From Paragordius varius (Eukaryota; Animalia; Nematomorpha), in assembly GCA_964247055.1 (NCBI GenBank), contig OZ176051.1:10788001-10852000 (forward strand): a stretch of DNA of 64,000 bases, written 5' to 3'. Of this stretch, positions 37,722 to 50,984 are shown one piece after another. The notes beneath the pieces were generated by a model. That model was not told the DNA's origin, did not search any database, and was given only the letters and a program-made list of their open reading frames with translations. The position numbers and the translations under genes were made by a program. Within the stretch, counting starts at the first letter, position 1, and every line of letters starts with the position of its first letter.

Positions 37722-40700
37722 ATGGCAACTAAAACGTTAGTATTGAACGCGACGCCAGCGCAAATTAATTTTGTCACCAAAATGTATAAGGATGATGACA
37801 CTCTTCTCAATGATGACAAATCATCTTATTCAATACCATCTTCAACTTTAAACATCAATAAAATTAATAATGCAAATCCTAAGAGTGGTATCATCAATAA
37901 TAATCCGAATTTAAATAAAAATAATTATAATTATGATATCGAAAATGATATTAATGAAACAACGTTGAGTTATAATAAAACCGGAAATAATATTCAAATT
38001 CCCCCCATAATATCAACAAGTGGTGCTACAAACATTTTCCATATTAATCGCAATCAAGTTAATAATTACAATGAATTTAACAGTGAAGAAAACTTTCAAT
38101 TAAACCAAAATGACCCCGGTTGTTTTCCTATCGCAAAACCATCACTTACAGCACAAATCGGTCCTTCAAATCTTGGGAAATGGGATGGAGAATGTAAGTC
38201 ATTTAACACACCCTCCTTGTCACCGAATTACAATAGTAATTGGCTCAACATTGCCAGTACAGCAGATAAATCATCCGAGGAAAAAATCGAAGTCGCCAAT
38301 TATGAATTTAATGCGGCATATAAGACATCGTACGCTAGCTCTCAATATTGGATCGATGATGCAAAAGATGCCAAAGTTGATCATTTTAGTATAAGGGAGA
38401 ATATCAATTTTGAAAAGAAGCCCATTATCACTATAAATGATGATGATAATGTTGATATAACACAATTATTGGGTCTCAAAACTGAAATGTCATTCTCTAA
38501 CCCAACCTTGAATAAAGCAGTTAAAAGTTATCCAAATAATAGTTACCATGTCTCTTATGAAACATCAAATTCTTTTCAGGTATCTCAAAATGTATTTGAC
38601 TCATCATCTATTATGCCAAATGATATTGGTCCATCATTTCCAATCACAAGTATGAATAAATTGCATACGTTAGAATATGGCTCCCCCTTTACGACAAATA
38701 GGAATCCTAAAATTCAAGAACATTCAAACATAATGAAGAAAAATATTATAAAACTGGAGACAATAGTCGATGATGACTCAAAAAGTTATTGTGACAATGA
38801 AAACAGTAATAACAATTAAATAATTATAGCTGTCCCGATATTTTTATTGTATACCTTTTAAACACCCTCTCGTTTTTAGACAAATTTGTTGGCGTCTGTT
38901 TATTTTTAATTAGTTTATAAATATGTTAAATTAGGTAACGACATTGAAAGTTATCTTTATAAATTATCTATAAACTTTGCAATTAAATTTTTAGACCCAA
39001 CGCCAAATAACAATGATAGGATGTTTGAAGAAAATCCAACGAATAATACAATATCGTCGATCTATTTTACCATGGAAACATTCAATTCACCCAACAATGA
39101 TTCGAATAATGACCCTTCTATAAACATTAATTTGAATCAAATTTATTTTGATCCTTATGGTCAGGGTACTAATAGGATAAATGATAATACCCCATCGGTG
39201 GCCGAAAGTGATAAAGACAAATATTTTGCCGATTATCCGCTATTTGCTCATAAGCGTAAACGAAGAATCCTTTTTACCCAAGCTCAAATCAATGAAATGG
39301 AGAAACGGTATAAACACCAAAAATATTTAACCCTAGCTGAACGTGAACAATTGGCAAAACTCATAAATCTCAGTCCGAGACAAGTTAAAATATGGTTCCA
39401 GGTACAGTTCATACCCTTTATTTGTTCCTTAGATATATTTAAGCAATCAGCCATTAGAGTTTTTCTCACATTTTAGAGGAACAATATATGGAATATATTA
39501 AGCAATAATACTTTGTTTGGTTTTGTGAATTGTAGCCCGTAATTTTTGGAGATCGTGTATTACAAATTTTGCATGTAAAAATTTTTTTATATGATCTAGA
39601 AGCCATATTTGCTCCGCAAATAAGTGTGTATGTCAACTTCAAATTTGACTTTGAGGTCGGGTTCTAATCGGTTATATTTTATGTTTTTTTATAGAATCAT
39701 CGCTATAAATGCAAACGAATGGTCAAAGATATGGATACCACGGGACCGTGTAACACAGAATCAACTCCCAAATGGCAAAAACAACCAAATTGCGATACAA
39801 CTACAGCGCTTCTTGAGTCTTGCAACGATTTAGACACATACGCTGATAAAGTTGAAGGGGAAAAGAATGCAAATAGAAATTTTACCAGTAATAACAATAA
39901 TATTGGTGATAATAAGACATATGATATTAATTGCAAGTCTTTGAGGAATGGTAATGATGATAAAAACAAGGTTACAAACTCCACCAATTTTCAACCCGTG
40001 TCCAACATATTGAGAAAAAATTCGGACTCAATTTCGAATGATAACAATTTTGCCCCTAATGTATGTGATAAAATCAATGGAATATTTGATAATAAGGAAT
40101 GTTTAAATGACATAAATGATACTACCAATGTATTTGACCAAGACGAAATTGATAATGTCAATAAAATTAATACACTCCCTTCAAATAACCCTTTTTCTAC
40201 AACTCAGAGCCATATTATTATTAATGATGATAAATCTTTTAAGGATACTACGCTATCAGAACAAGACATAAAACCAACAACCACGCGTGGTTTAACATAT
40301 TTCCCCGATTTTTCTTATGCACCTGTTAACGCTTCACCGATGACTCCCTATTTTCCTATCTTAAGGAATCATCCTAGTATGATAAATTTCAACAACTATC
40401 CGCCTTTGTTTGGACCACCTTCTGGTGCTAATTTTTATGCCCAGACAACCAATCCGTCAAATTTTTTATCGAGTTCCGACCACGTGACTGGGAAATATAG
40501 TTTATCTCCCACCACAAATAACTACAGCTCTAATTCTATTTCCAATAATCAAAATCATTATTTGGGCAGCTATGATCCCATGTTTTTGATGACAGGGAGG
40601 ACGCCATTAATGCACACCGGGCTTCCGTATGTGTACAATCAGAGCGGTGGCGTATTATTCAATGGCGTTGTAGGGGGAGATGAGCCTAAACCGACATTTA

Positions 40701-40771
40701 ACAATTGTTATCAAAACTATTACCCAACGGATGCAAATTTTTTTGGGAGGTATGATTGGCCCACGTATTAG
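37722..40771 (+). CDS. NKX2-1: NK2.1/scarecrow-type homeobox transcription factor, ~855 aa, Asn-rich
   Basis: Homeodomain [47 protein letters not shown]|NHRYKCKR is split by intron 39402-39694. Tyr54 marks the NK2 class; FTQAQ and YKCKR match scarecrow/NK2.1. Linking exon 37722-38805 via intron 38806-38994 is frame-consistent but less certain. Confidence 0.85.
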
Positions 40772-41876
40772 ATAATAACAAGTGCCAACAATCCTATTTT
40801 TCACTTACTGCGATTAATTATTTTTATGTTAAAATAAAAAGTTATGAGCAATTTTATACTACAAATATTTATTTATATTACTATATGAAATAATAAATTA
40901 TTATATCAAATATGGAAAAAATTAAATTTCATTATAATATATTAATACTTTAAGATGCGTTATAATAAAATGTTAACTCCATGTACAAAACCTCAAAATT
41001 CCAGTTAAAATTTTAGCGATAGCTTTTTTGAAAGGTGCAAGTTTTCGGTTTTTATTAAAAACTTAACTAATATCCAATCGTAGGGTGTCCATTTCTGTTT
41101 AAATGAATTTTTCTAAAAGCAAGTGATATATAATTTTTCTGGTTTTATTCTTTATTTTAATAGTTTACTTGAGTGTGTTTGATGCTTTAATTTATACAAT
41201 GTTGCAAAATTTGGCTTGCCTTAGTGTCGTACTATTACGCAAATAAATCTTTTTTAATAAGCGTATTTATGTGATGATAAAAAAAGTTCCCAAATAAACA
41301 ACTGCTGGGCGCATCATCCCCGTAAAAAATCCTTAGAATCTCTGCTTCAATACAAAAAAAAAAAAGAGGTTTGCTGGAGCCCCCTCCCAACGTGATTTCG
41401 TACGGTCCACTAACAATATATTTTAATGAGACATTATTGTTAACAGCCTTTTTAACTCCAGAAAGTATAACATAAAATTTATTAATATTTGAGTTTATTA
41501 GAATTGTGATCTTTTCAGGCCATAAATGTGGTCCACGTAAAATTTGTGTTGCATACCTAAGATCTAATATATTAAGTCTTTAAATCAATAAATTTATTAG
41601 GCTAAGCATTTTTATGATTTCCTCTCACCTTGGTTGTAAAGCGTGTAGTGGGATCGTAGAGTTCAAACCCGAAACTGCACAATCATTACAATTTAGCTCT
41701 GGGCTAAATTATATATATTATCTATATAATTTAAGGATCATTCTTATAAAACAATGAATTATATTCTTGAGCATGTTTAATTTTTATATGTTTTTTAATG
41801 ATGGCACTTACTATTTCCTTTTTCAATTTATATTATCCCAAAAGTTATAAATCGTATGACCCGTATTTAATTTTAA

Positions 41877-42397
41877 CACTTGGATAAAACACATTCATTT
41901 CGGTCCTTCGATTCAGATTGGGGTAGTTAAATACCCCAGGCCGTTTTATAAATAAATACTTAAAAAATATGGAAGGAAAATAAACCACAAACCTTCGCAC
42001 TTAGCTAACATAAGCATAATGAAATAAAAAAATCATTTAAAAATACTAGATATTACTTATTTTATGGTGAAACCCCAAGGTAAAAATTTAGTCACCATGA
42101 AAAATTTAAAAATATACAAAATAAACCACTTTTTCTGTTTCTTTCAATATTAGATGTGATTTAAATAAAGTAGCTTTAAAATTATACAAAACCGATATTT
42201 TGCAAATATTCGTTGGCGCCGCAGTAGTTTGATATGGAATTTGTCCAATAAAATATATTTGGAATTTCGGCTTATTTATATTATTTTTATTAGGATGAAA
42301 GCATAAATTTGAATTGAGACCGTTTCTTTCGGGATTCTTTTAAAAATATTAAATTAAATATTGTTTGGGGTATTGAATTGCCCTAATTTGAATCAAG
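41877..42397. mobile_element. piggyBac-like (TTAA) MITE copy
   Basis: TTAA|CACTTGGATAAAACAC...TTCGATTCAGATTGGGGTAGTTAAATACCCCAGG; collinear with 1955-2467. Confidence 0.6.
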
Positions 42398-43887
42398 TTG
42401 TTGAGCTATTATGAATATTTGAATAATATATAAATTATACATTTTTATACTATTTCCAACATAACTGCCAATCATAGCTAAAACAATTCTCCTACATTTC
42501 ATTTTATATATTATGGATAAAGACCTATGTACAGTAGCGTATGGCATAAAACATTATTAGTCCATAAATAAAAAACAACTAATTGTATATACATATATCC
42601 ATAATATCCTTTGGTTTTTTTAAAAAACATTTTTTTATTTTATGGACTAATATTGTTTTATGCCATTAGCTACTGTACGTTTTCAAATTATCTCTTTTGC
42701 AACCTTTTTTGTAAATGTAAGTGAGTATTAATAATATTTTATAAACTGTTACCAATCGACCATTTGTTAAAGAATTATTTTTTATTGTATTAACGACATA
42801 TCTTGGCAATATGTCGGATTTATAACATCTTTTATTATATATTTTTATATAACATACATATAAAAACCTATTTTTTTCTCAAAATTAACTATCATTAAAA
42901 AATTTGTTATTATATATTTAAATTAAAAATTTCGTTTAAAATATTTTTAACATTATTAAAGATTATTTATTGTTGTTTCCACCAATAGCTAGAGCCAGTG
43001 AGTCTATTCTTGAACTTTCCTTTCCTAATAATATAAAAAAACTTGTATAAATCAATTATACTAATAATATATTTACGTGAAAATTATCATTTATTTTAAT
43101 ACCATCATTGTCCGCATTTACATCCTTAATCCTTCGTGTTTTAATCCCATCCATTGTTTAAAATATATTATTTTTCTAAAGATATCCTACCATTTATTAA
43201 TAAACCATAAATTTTTAAATTTATACATTATCAATAACACTAAAAACAAATTTAAGTTCTTAAAGAGGCACATTTATTTCTCAGCTTTTTCTTGTATACT
43301 TGACCTTTGAAAAGTTTGGTATTGCTGTTTGAAGATCATTGGTTCTATTTATATCACATAGGCTATGGCATGGCTTTATGACAAATATTATATAAAATTA
43401 ATAAGTGATATACCCTCTAATGTATATGACTTTTTTATTATTACTTGAACTCGGCTTAAAACGCTAAAATATATTATTGGATAAAACTTTCTTGAAAAAA
43501 AAAAACGATTTATAGGTTTTAAACCAAAAGCCTAATATGCTTAAAAAAATATTAAAATAATCATGTATTAATTTAAAAAAAATTGGTTGGAATAAAACAA
43601 ATTTTTCCTATATTTAAACATTAATTTTTTTATATAATTTTGGACAAATTTTTTTTATACCACACGCCATTGCAAAAACCAATTTTTAAAATGTAACCTC
43701 AAGCCCTTGTTTTTAAATCTATTTTTTAACATTAGTGTGCACGAATGAGAGTCAATAATTTATTCAAGAGAGGGTTTGATATCACATGCCAAAATTTTTA
43801 TGTGTTTAATTGTTAATTTTTATTAAGTTCAATAAAATTCCGTGAATAAATAATCAAATTATGCTTATGTAAAATGATAAATTGAAA

Positions 43888-46033
43888 TTTATATAATAAA
43901 AAGGGGCTTTGTGATTTGTTCCCGGAAAACCGGTAGACCCATTCATAAAAAACGGTTTGAAAACAGAAGTCCACAAAAATCGTGACTTTGAGACAATTTT
44001 CCGAACGTGTCAAACCATTCGATTTCAAATTAATTTTTATATATTTTTTGATTGCGCCAAGCATGTCGGATCGGTTAATTTAGGCCCTCTTTTTACCCCC
44101 CCTCCCGCCCCCGTAAAATGCCATTTTAAAAAAATAAGTCCAAAAAAATATAATTTTGAATTTATTTTTCGCTTAAGGTATGAGACCGTAAAAATTCTAT
44201 AAGGACCAGGTATTTTCTGTTAAAAGGCAAAAATTTTAGTCGTGCGTTTTTTATATTGGCTGCTGGGTAAGATGCCCGCTAAAAACTGCCCCGTAGTATC
44301 ATAGTGTGCCTTTGGGGGTAAAATTCAGAAAACCTATCAGGCCATATCAGTTCAATAGTAAAATATTATCCGTAACAAAGCAAAAATTTAGGTCGTGCGG
44401 TTTTTGAAATTAGCTGTTAATTAGTCTCTTCACGCCCTGTAAAATTGGCCACCATAGAATGATTTTTCAGTTTTGCGTCAATTTTTTCAAAAACTAATGA
44501 GAGCATATGGAATCAATCATGATTCCAGGTATTCTGAGTAGAAATGCAAAAATTTAATCACGCGCTTTTTTTGAATCAGCGTGTGGGTAGGGAGCTCCCA
44601 CCTAAAAATGCGCCACCATATCAAAATTGCGTTGTTTAGGAGTTAATTTTCAGAAAATTTATCAGGCCATATAAGTTTAATAAGGGCCTGAAATATTACC
44701 CAGAAAAAGGCAAGAATTTAAGTCTTTTTTAAAATAGCCGTTAATTAGGTCCTTTACGCCATAAAAATGCGCTATCATTGAACTATTATTTAGTTCGAAG
44801 CCATTTTTTTGAAAACTATTAAGAACATATTGAATGAGGATGATTCCGGGTATTTTCCTATAAAAGGAAAAAATTCTTCGATCGTCTTTTTTGTATTGGC
44901 CTCTAGGTAGGGGGCTATCCGCCTACAACTGCGCCACATATCGAGAGAGCGTGACTTTGGAAGCAAATTTTACAAAACTTATCAGGCCATATAAGATTAA
45001 TAAGGGCTTACAATATTACCCGTAAAAAGGCAAAAATTTAAGTAAGGATCATATGGAATCAAACATGATTTAAGATATTACCCGAGCAAAAATTTTAATC
45101 GAGCATTTTTTTGTTTCGCCCCTGGTTAGGGGGCTACCAGCGTAAAACTGCTTGATCATATTGATTCAGCATGCCTTTGGAGCCAAATTTCATAAAACCT
45201 TTGAGACTAATAGGAACATATGGAATCTATGATAATTCCAGATATTCCCCATATAAAGAAATTTTGCCCGCTTTTTTATATCTGTCCCTAGGTAAGGTAG
45301 CCTCCAAAAACTGCACCAATATATAGAAGTTGCGTTGTTTTGGAGCTAATTTACAGAAAATTATTGCCATATGAGCTCATTAAAAGCTTGAAATATTACC
45401 CGTAACCAGGTAAAAATTAAGGTTATTAGCCGTTAAATAGGGGCCTTTATGCCCTAAAACTACGCCATCATAAGGATTTATTAGTGTTGAGGTATTTTTT
45501 CGAATAACTGAGACGATGGTATTAAAGATGATTCCAAATATTTGCCCTATAAAGGCAAAGAATTTAACTCAGCGCTTTTTCCATGTAGGTCTATGGGTAG
45601 GGCTACCGGTTTAAAATTATGCCATACAAGGCGTGGTTTTGGATAATTTTCACAGTTAAGAAGCCATACGAGTTCAGGTGAACGCATTTCTTAATACCGT
45701 TCTTTCCTTTAAAAGGGACCACAAATAATTTACGTTTTATATCCCTTGATCCCAGCTGTGTGAACACAATATCAAAATAGAAGTTTTAACCATGATTTTA
45801 TAAAACAAAAATCTTAAAATTAAATCCAATAATAGTTGAATATTAACTTTAATAAGGGACAGTTATAAAATGGTCAATTGTGAGACAATATTTAAGCCTC
45901 TGCAAAAACTCGTAAAAGAATAATTAAAGACAAATAAGTTTTTTATTTTTTTATCTCCATTACCTCTATTTATTGCAAATAGAATAATTATCGGGGAGAC
46001 TGTGTGACAGGGAAGCATGACAGGGCCAGCTAG
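43888..46033 (+). mobile_element. Non-autonomous Helitron-like element with internal ~160-bp tandem array
   Basis: 5' A|TTTATATAATAAA (degenerate TC start) and 3' GC-rich stretch ending GCCAGCTAG|T. Shares CGCCCC.GTAAAATGCCATTT and the array unit with 60556-61785. Confidence 0.6.
44200..45650. repeat. Diverged tandem repeat, ~160-bp monomers alternating as a ~320-bp dimer
   Basis: Anchor AAAGGCAAAAATTT recurs about every 150-170 bp (~10 times, one unit truncated). TATCAGGCCATA recurs every ~320 bp and alternates with CATATGGAATC units. Confidence 0.8.
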
Positions 46034-48468
46034 TATTAATATACTTTAATAACTTAAAATTGTGAATGAGTGTTTAAAATAGAAATGAACACGGTTTTAT
46101 GAAAATATTTTAATTGGATAAAATATAATAACTGATTTTAATGTCTTTTTTCCATATTATGTACGGTTAGCGAACCGCCGGTAAAAACGCATTCAGAATA
46201 TCAAAATAAAGTTAAAAATGTAGCCATAAATCATATAAAATTAATAGTAAACTCACCGAGAATTAGTGCTTTAAGAGTTAGATTATTGCCAAAAAATTCT
46301 ATTATTAGTACTATTGGAATTACTGATCATTTAAAATGTATTTCCAAATACCGTTTTTATATATATTAAAACCAAATAAACTGATTATGGATTTTCGGCC
46401 TTGTGGCAATTTATAAACCTTTTTCATTACATTTTTATATATCCATTATTTTCACATTTTGTCGAAATTCGGAGTTTGATTCAATATAAGTCCAACGCTT
46501 AAATTTTTAGCGGCTAAATATATTTTAAGTCATAAGCAGAAAGTAAACAACAAAGGTAGAATATTTTATAAATGTATAATATAATTTATATATCAATAGC
46601 GATTTAATTGAGTACTCAAATATATTGGCCTCTAATTTGGATAGGTTAAATTTTTACATACATTTTTTAAAATTATTTTCATAGCATAGTACACAAAATA
46701 TACCATGAAATATAATCTTTTAATATAAAATGAATTAAAATTTACATAATGCTTTTGATTTTGAGCCTTATGAGAAGAAATTTTCTACTTTTATATTATT
46801 CTTCTTATATAAAAATCGCAAAATTCGCATATTATGCTATTGGATAATTTTCTTTGTTAAAATTAATATTTAAAACAATATCAATTGATATTTCCACAAT
46901 CGTTTTAATCATTGGACTGTTTGAGAAAACTTTCCATATCTTCCAGTCCTTTGCAACAGCGGATGTTGACCAAAATAATTATTCGGTTGTTGATTAAGTA
47001 TTCCGTATCTGCCACGTTTTTTCATCAATCATTTCCAAAAATATGGATGATACAAAGGCTTATTTCTTATGATGTGATATAATTTTACATGGGCATACAA
47101 TAGTTATAATCTTTTAAACTTAAGTCCATTAATGTTTAGATTACCTTATCATATCATACTTTGGAATTTAGCCAATTTTTCAAACGGTATAATCAGAAAA
47201 ATTATCTCTTATACAAAAATTTATTTATATTGACAATGGCTTTTAAATAATTTTAGGCTTAAATAAAACGCTATTTCAGCAAGCATGGTGCGCTTTTAAT
47301 AACGTCCAGAATATTTTCTTTCTTCGTTATTATGGATTCAAATCATTTGGATTAATCCTTAAGTCTAACATTTTTTGGATTGCATAAAATGGTAAGTTTT
47401 AATCCGTAAGTGGAGCCGGGATTGAGCCACAAATATTTATCGAACGTTAAAAACAAAATTTTGTTGAAGCGTGTATTGTATCTAGCATAAAACGGTAAAA
47501 AACTTTATATAAAACACTTTTTTACTGCTATTATACAATTAATTGCAAAATTTAAATTGGCCATCAAAAAGTAAATTTTAGTTATAAAAATTAATAATTT
47601 AAAAATTTTTCTAAATTGAGAGGAGTTTTCAGTAGTTCTAACTACATTTGGTTTATACCTTAAGTATTGAAAAAATGCTTCAAAAAACCATAAAATATAA
47701 CTCACAGATTGCAATTTATAAAAGAAAAGGGGAATTATTAAAAAAAATTCATATCAAATCTGGATTATATCAATAAAACTTTAGATTAGGGGGTCCAACA
47801 GAAATGGCTTTGCTACCCGCATTTGAAATAAATAGGGATTCATAAATTTATTGGATTTTAAAGGTAAGACTGTGAAATGCACATATAATATAACAATTTA
47901 TTCTGGTTCGTTGCCTAGATATACTTGTTCAGAAAAATTGATTGAAAATATCAATTTTACCAAGATTTTGTAAGATTTATAATGGATTCCAATTTTTTCA
48001 CGGGGCGCACAAATATCAAAGGGACGAGTTGGGATAGCTTTGCTTTAGATTTTACAAAATAATATATGCTTTGGTATATACACCGATAAAAAACCTTTCT
48101 TAAATAACTTTCAAGTCCCTGAACTAAAAGCAACACAAAAATGCTGATGTATTTTTCGATCAGAATATCAAGACACTTATGCATTATATGCATTGTTTAT
48201 TTTGAAATAATTTTGAGATGTGAGCCCCCAAGTCTGACATTAAAATGGGGGCATTTTAATTAACTCATATTTTTTTATTTTAGTATAATTATTAAAGAGT
48301 TATTTAGGTTTGAAATCTATAATATATTACAAAACATAGCTTAATATTAATTCTTTTAACCCTATCCCTGCTGGAATCTGTAAATTTTTATAACTAACAT
48401 TTTTATCGTTGTTATTATGATAATATCATAACGCATATGTCCAACAAAGGGACCATGATAAATTTATC

Positions 48469-48513
<45 letters not shown>

Positions 48514-49314
48514 TATATATAATGTATATATTATCAGGAAATTTTAATCCCGATACGTCGAAAAATATATATATAATTTTGCTATCATGATACTCATTTT
48601 GGGACAATTTTACCAGAAATCGCTAACATTACTGCTAAAATAAATTGATTTAATTTATTTAAACGCATTATTTTGAAGTAGTTTCATAACCCAGGGGCAT
48701 TTAAAGCTTGTATCTTTACAAAACTGTAATAGCCAATAAATATGTTCTCTTTAGCTTCAAGGCGCTTGATGCAAATATTATTTAAATGTAGAATAAAAAA
48801 CCTTTTTTCAATTTTTTGACGCTTTTTATATTTTTTTTAAATCGGTAGTACCACAGGGAAAATAAAAATCTACAATGGTCAATACTTAAATAATTTAACT
48901 TCAAATTACCATTTACCAGCAAATTTTTGGTTTATTGATTATATCAACTGTTTCCCATCATTTTTTGGAACTATCTGAATCGTTAAAAGCTGTAAGTTAA
49001 TTTTAGGAGGAGAGGGTTTATTCAGTATTTTGTAACCAAAACAACTTCCACAGCAACATTTGTGATACTATATAAGTTCTTAGGTAAAAAATCACGTCGA
49101 AATGTTAGCATAAAAATAGAAATCAAAGTGGTAATATTATAATTAAGCAAATAATTTAAATAGAGTTCTATTTACAAATATCTTCTAAATAACAAATATT
49201 AGAATTTTATACTAATTATATTTTAATATGGAATTTTTTATTGGTTAAAATCTACATATGTTGTGCACTTACAATTTAAAAACATGTGAACCTCAAGGGT
49301 TTAAATTAATGTGA

Positions 49315-50397
49315 ATGCAAATTAATGATACCGTTAATAACAGCAAAAGAAAAGATATCCTACCCTATAATACAAACTTAGCTGAATTTGTATGTGGGGG
49401 AGCCGCCTCTTTGACAAGCGTTCTGGTGGTATATCCAATGTCTAAAGTTGTGTTCCGTCAAATGCTTCATGGAATTTCTATTTCCCCAGCTCTTTCTCAA
49501 TTACGATACGAGGGATTAGCCAGTTTGTATAGAGGTATGCTTCCACCTTTAATTCAAAAAACTGCATCCATATCTTTTATGTTTGGAGTCTATGATGCAC
49601 TTTTGCATTCTATTTCGTCAGTTGATTCCCTCACTCACCCATCAGCACATTCTTTTAAATCAAGATATTTGATAACCAAACAAAACGCTAATTCATCTAA
49701 CTCTACTATTATTTTAGCGTCTTTTTTATGCGGAACGCTTGAAGCATTAGCATTTACTCCTCTTGAACGTGTTCAAACTCTTTTACAACACGATACTATG
49801 CAACATGTTTATCGAAATACATTTTCATCTTTTGTGCATCTGGTCAAAAATTACGGGGTCCACGAACTTTATCGCGGGTTTACCCCAATTCTATGGCGGA
49901 ATGGTCCATCCACAGCTTTGTTCTTTGAAGTTCGTCATCCACTTCGAAACAAATTCAATGATTTATTTCAGTATTTTGTCCCTTCACATCATTATGCCAA
50001 TTCCAAAGTACAAATCCAAGAAATGAAACCATTACCCACATTTCAATCTACTAAACTAGATCCAAACAATACATTACCTTCCTTAAGCTTTATCAAACAA
50101 TATCTCCCCGATTTTGTGAGTGGAGCCGTATTAGGCGGTTGTATTAGCACCCTGTTTTATCCTTTGAATGTTGCTAGGGCCCGCATGCAATCCACTATCC
50201 ATAAACCTTTGGGATTGTTTCAGGTCCTTCGCATTATATATAAGGAAAGAAATCGCACCTTTTGGGGTTTTTTCTATGGGGCCCGAATCAATTTTTCTCG
50301 CTCTCTCGTTTCTTGGGGCATTATTAATGCCAGTTATGAATATTATAAGAGAATGTGGTACAAACATTATGATGTTGATACTGAAACCGTCACGTAA
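49315..50397 (+). CDS. SLC25A51: Mitochondrial carrier, SLC25A51/52 (MCART1, NAD+ transporter) type, intronless
   Basis: 360-aa ORF with YPMSKVVFRQMLHG, LYRGMLPPLIQKT, TPLERVQTLLQ, YRGFTPILWRNG, FYPLNV and RSLVSWGIINASYE, characteristic of SLC25A51. Confidence 0.92.
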   Translation: MQINDTVNNSKRKDILPYNTNLAEFVCGGAASLTSVLVVYPMSKVVFRQMLHGISISPALSQLRYEGLASLYRGMLPPLIQKTASISFMFGVYDALLHSISSVDSLTHPSAHSFKSRYLITKQNANSSNSTIILASFLCGTLEALAFTPLERVQTLLQHDTMQHVYRNTFSSFVHLVKNYGVHELYRGFTPILWRNGPSTALFFEVRHPLRNKFNDLFQYFVPSHHYANSKVQIQEMKPLPTFQSTKLDPNNTLPSLSFIKQYLPDFVSGAVLGGCISTLFYPLNVARARMQSTIHKPLGLFQVLRIIYKERNRTFWGFFYGARINFSRSLVSWGIINASYEYYKRMWYKHYDVDTETVT

Positions 50398-50984
50398 TCC
50401 TGCCATAAACTCTATTGCCAAGATCGCTAATGTGACTAATATAAACTTTATTTTGGCATAACATCAAAGTTGTATGCTAATTTTCAAAATGATGCAATAT
50501 AGCCTATTATTATGCGAAACTTGTCATTTGTAAATAAATTTTTTGTATAAGGTTTGTATTGATATAGTGTAATTTATTTTATTGTAATTAACAAATTTCA
50601 TTTGAGACTTTGTTTTTTATTTACAGGGATTCAAAGCACTTATTGAAACCATAAACCTCTTTAAAAAACGATAGATCGGTAATACGAAATTTTAAAAATA
50701 AATATTTGTTATATTTAGTAAATACAGTGGCACCCAATACATTTTCATTTTTTATTACTTTGCCAACTCGAATTTAGCTATTGAAAATTGTTTAAATTGG
50801 AAATAACGAAACTGGAATCAACTTTTTTTGCGGAAGAAACTAAAACATTTAATTTAGAATTGTTTTTTAAAAAATGTCAACCAGAACTTAAACTTTAAAC
50901 TAAAATAACACTAGACAATTTTGACATTACTGCCATTCTTGTAAATTTGTTTCATTAAAGTACATAATTAGTATATAAGAAAAT

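Noticed and set aside
41625-41700. tRNA or tRNA-derived SINE (A-box-like TGGTTGTAAAGCG, B-box-like GAGTTCAAACCC)
   Set aside because: No cloverleaf can be folded and no second copy was seen.
44200-45650. Repeat-spacer array interpretation of the ~160-bp units
   Set aside because: Inter-anchor sequences are homologous to each other, so this is a diverged tandem repeat.
46900-47450. Possible hAT dimerisation-domain relic on the minus strand
   Set aside because: Similarity is too weak and fragmented.
37722-50397. NK2.1 next to an SLC25 carrier as a relic of the NK2.1-Pax1/9-SLC25A21 pharyngeal cluster
   Set aside because: The carrier has SLC25A51 motifs, not SLC25A21, and no Pax1/9 or FoxA is visible.
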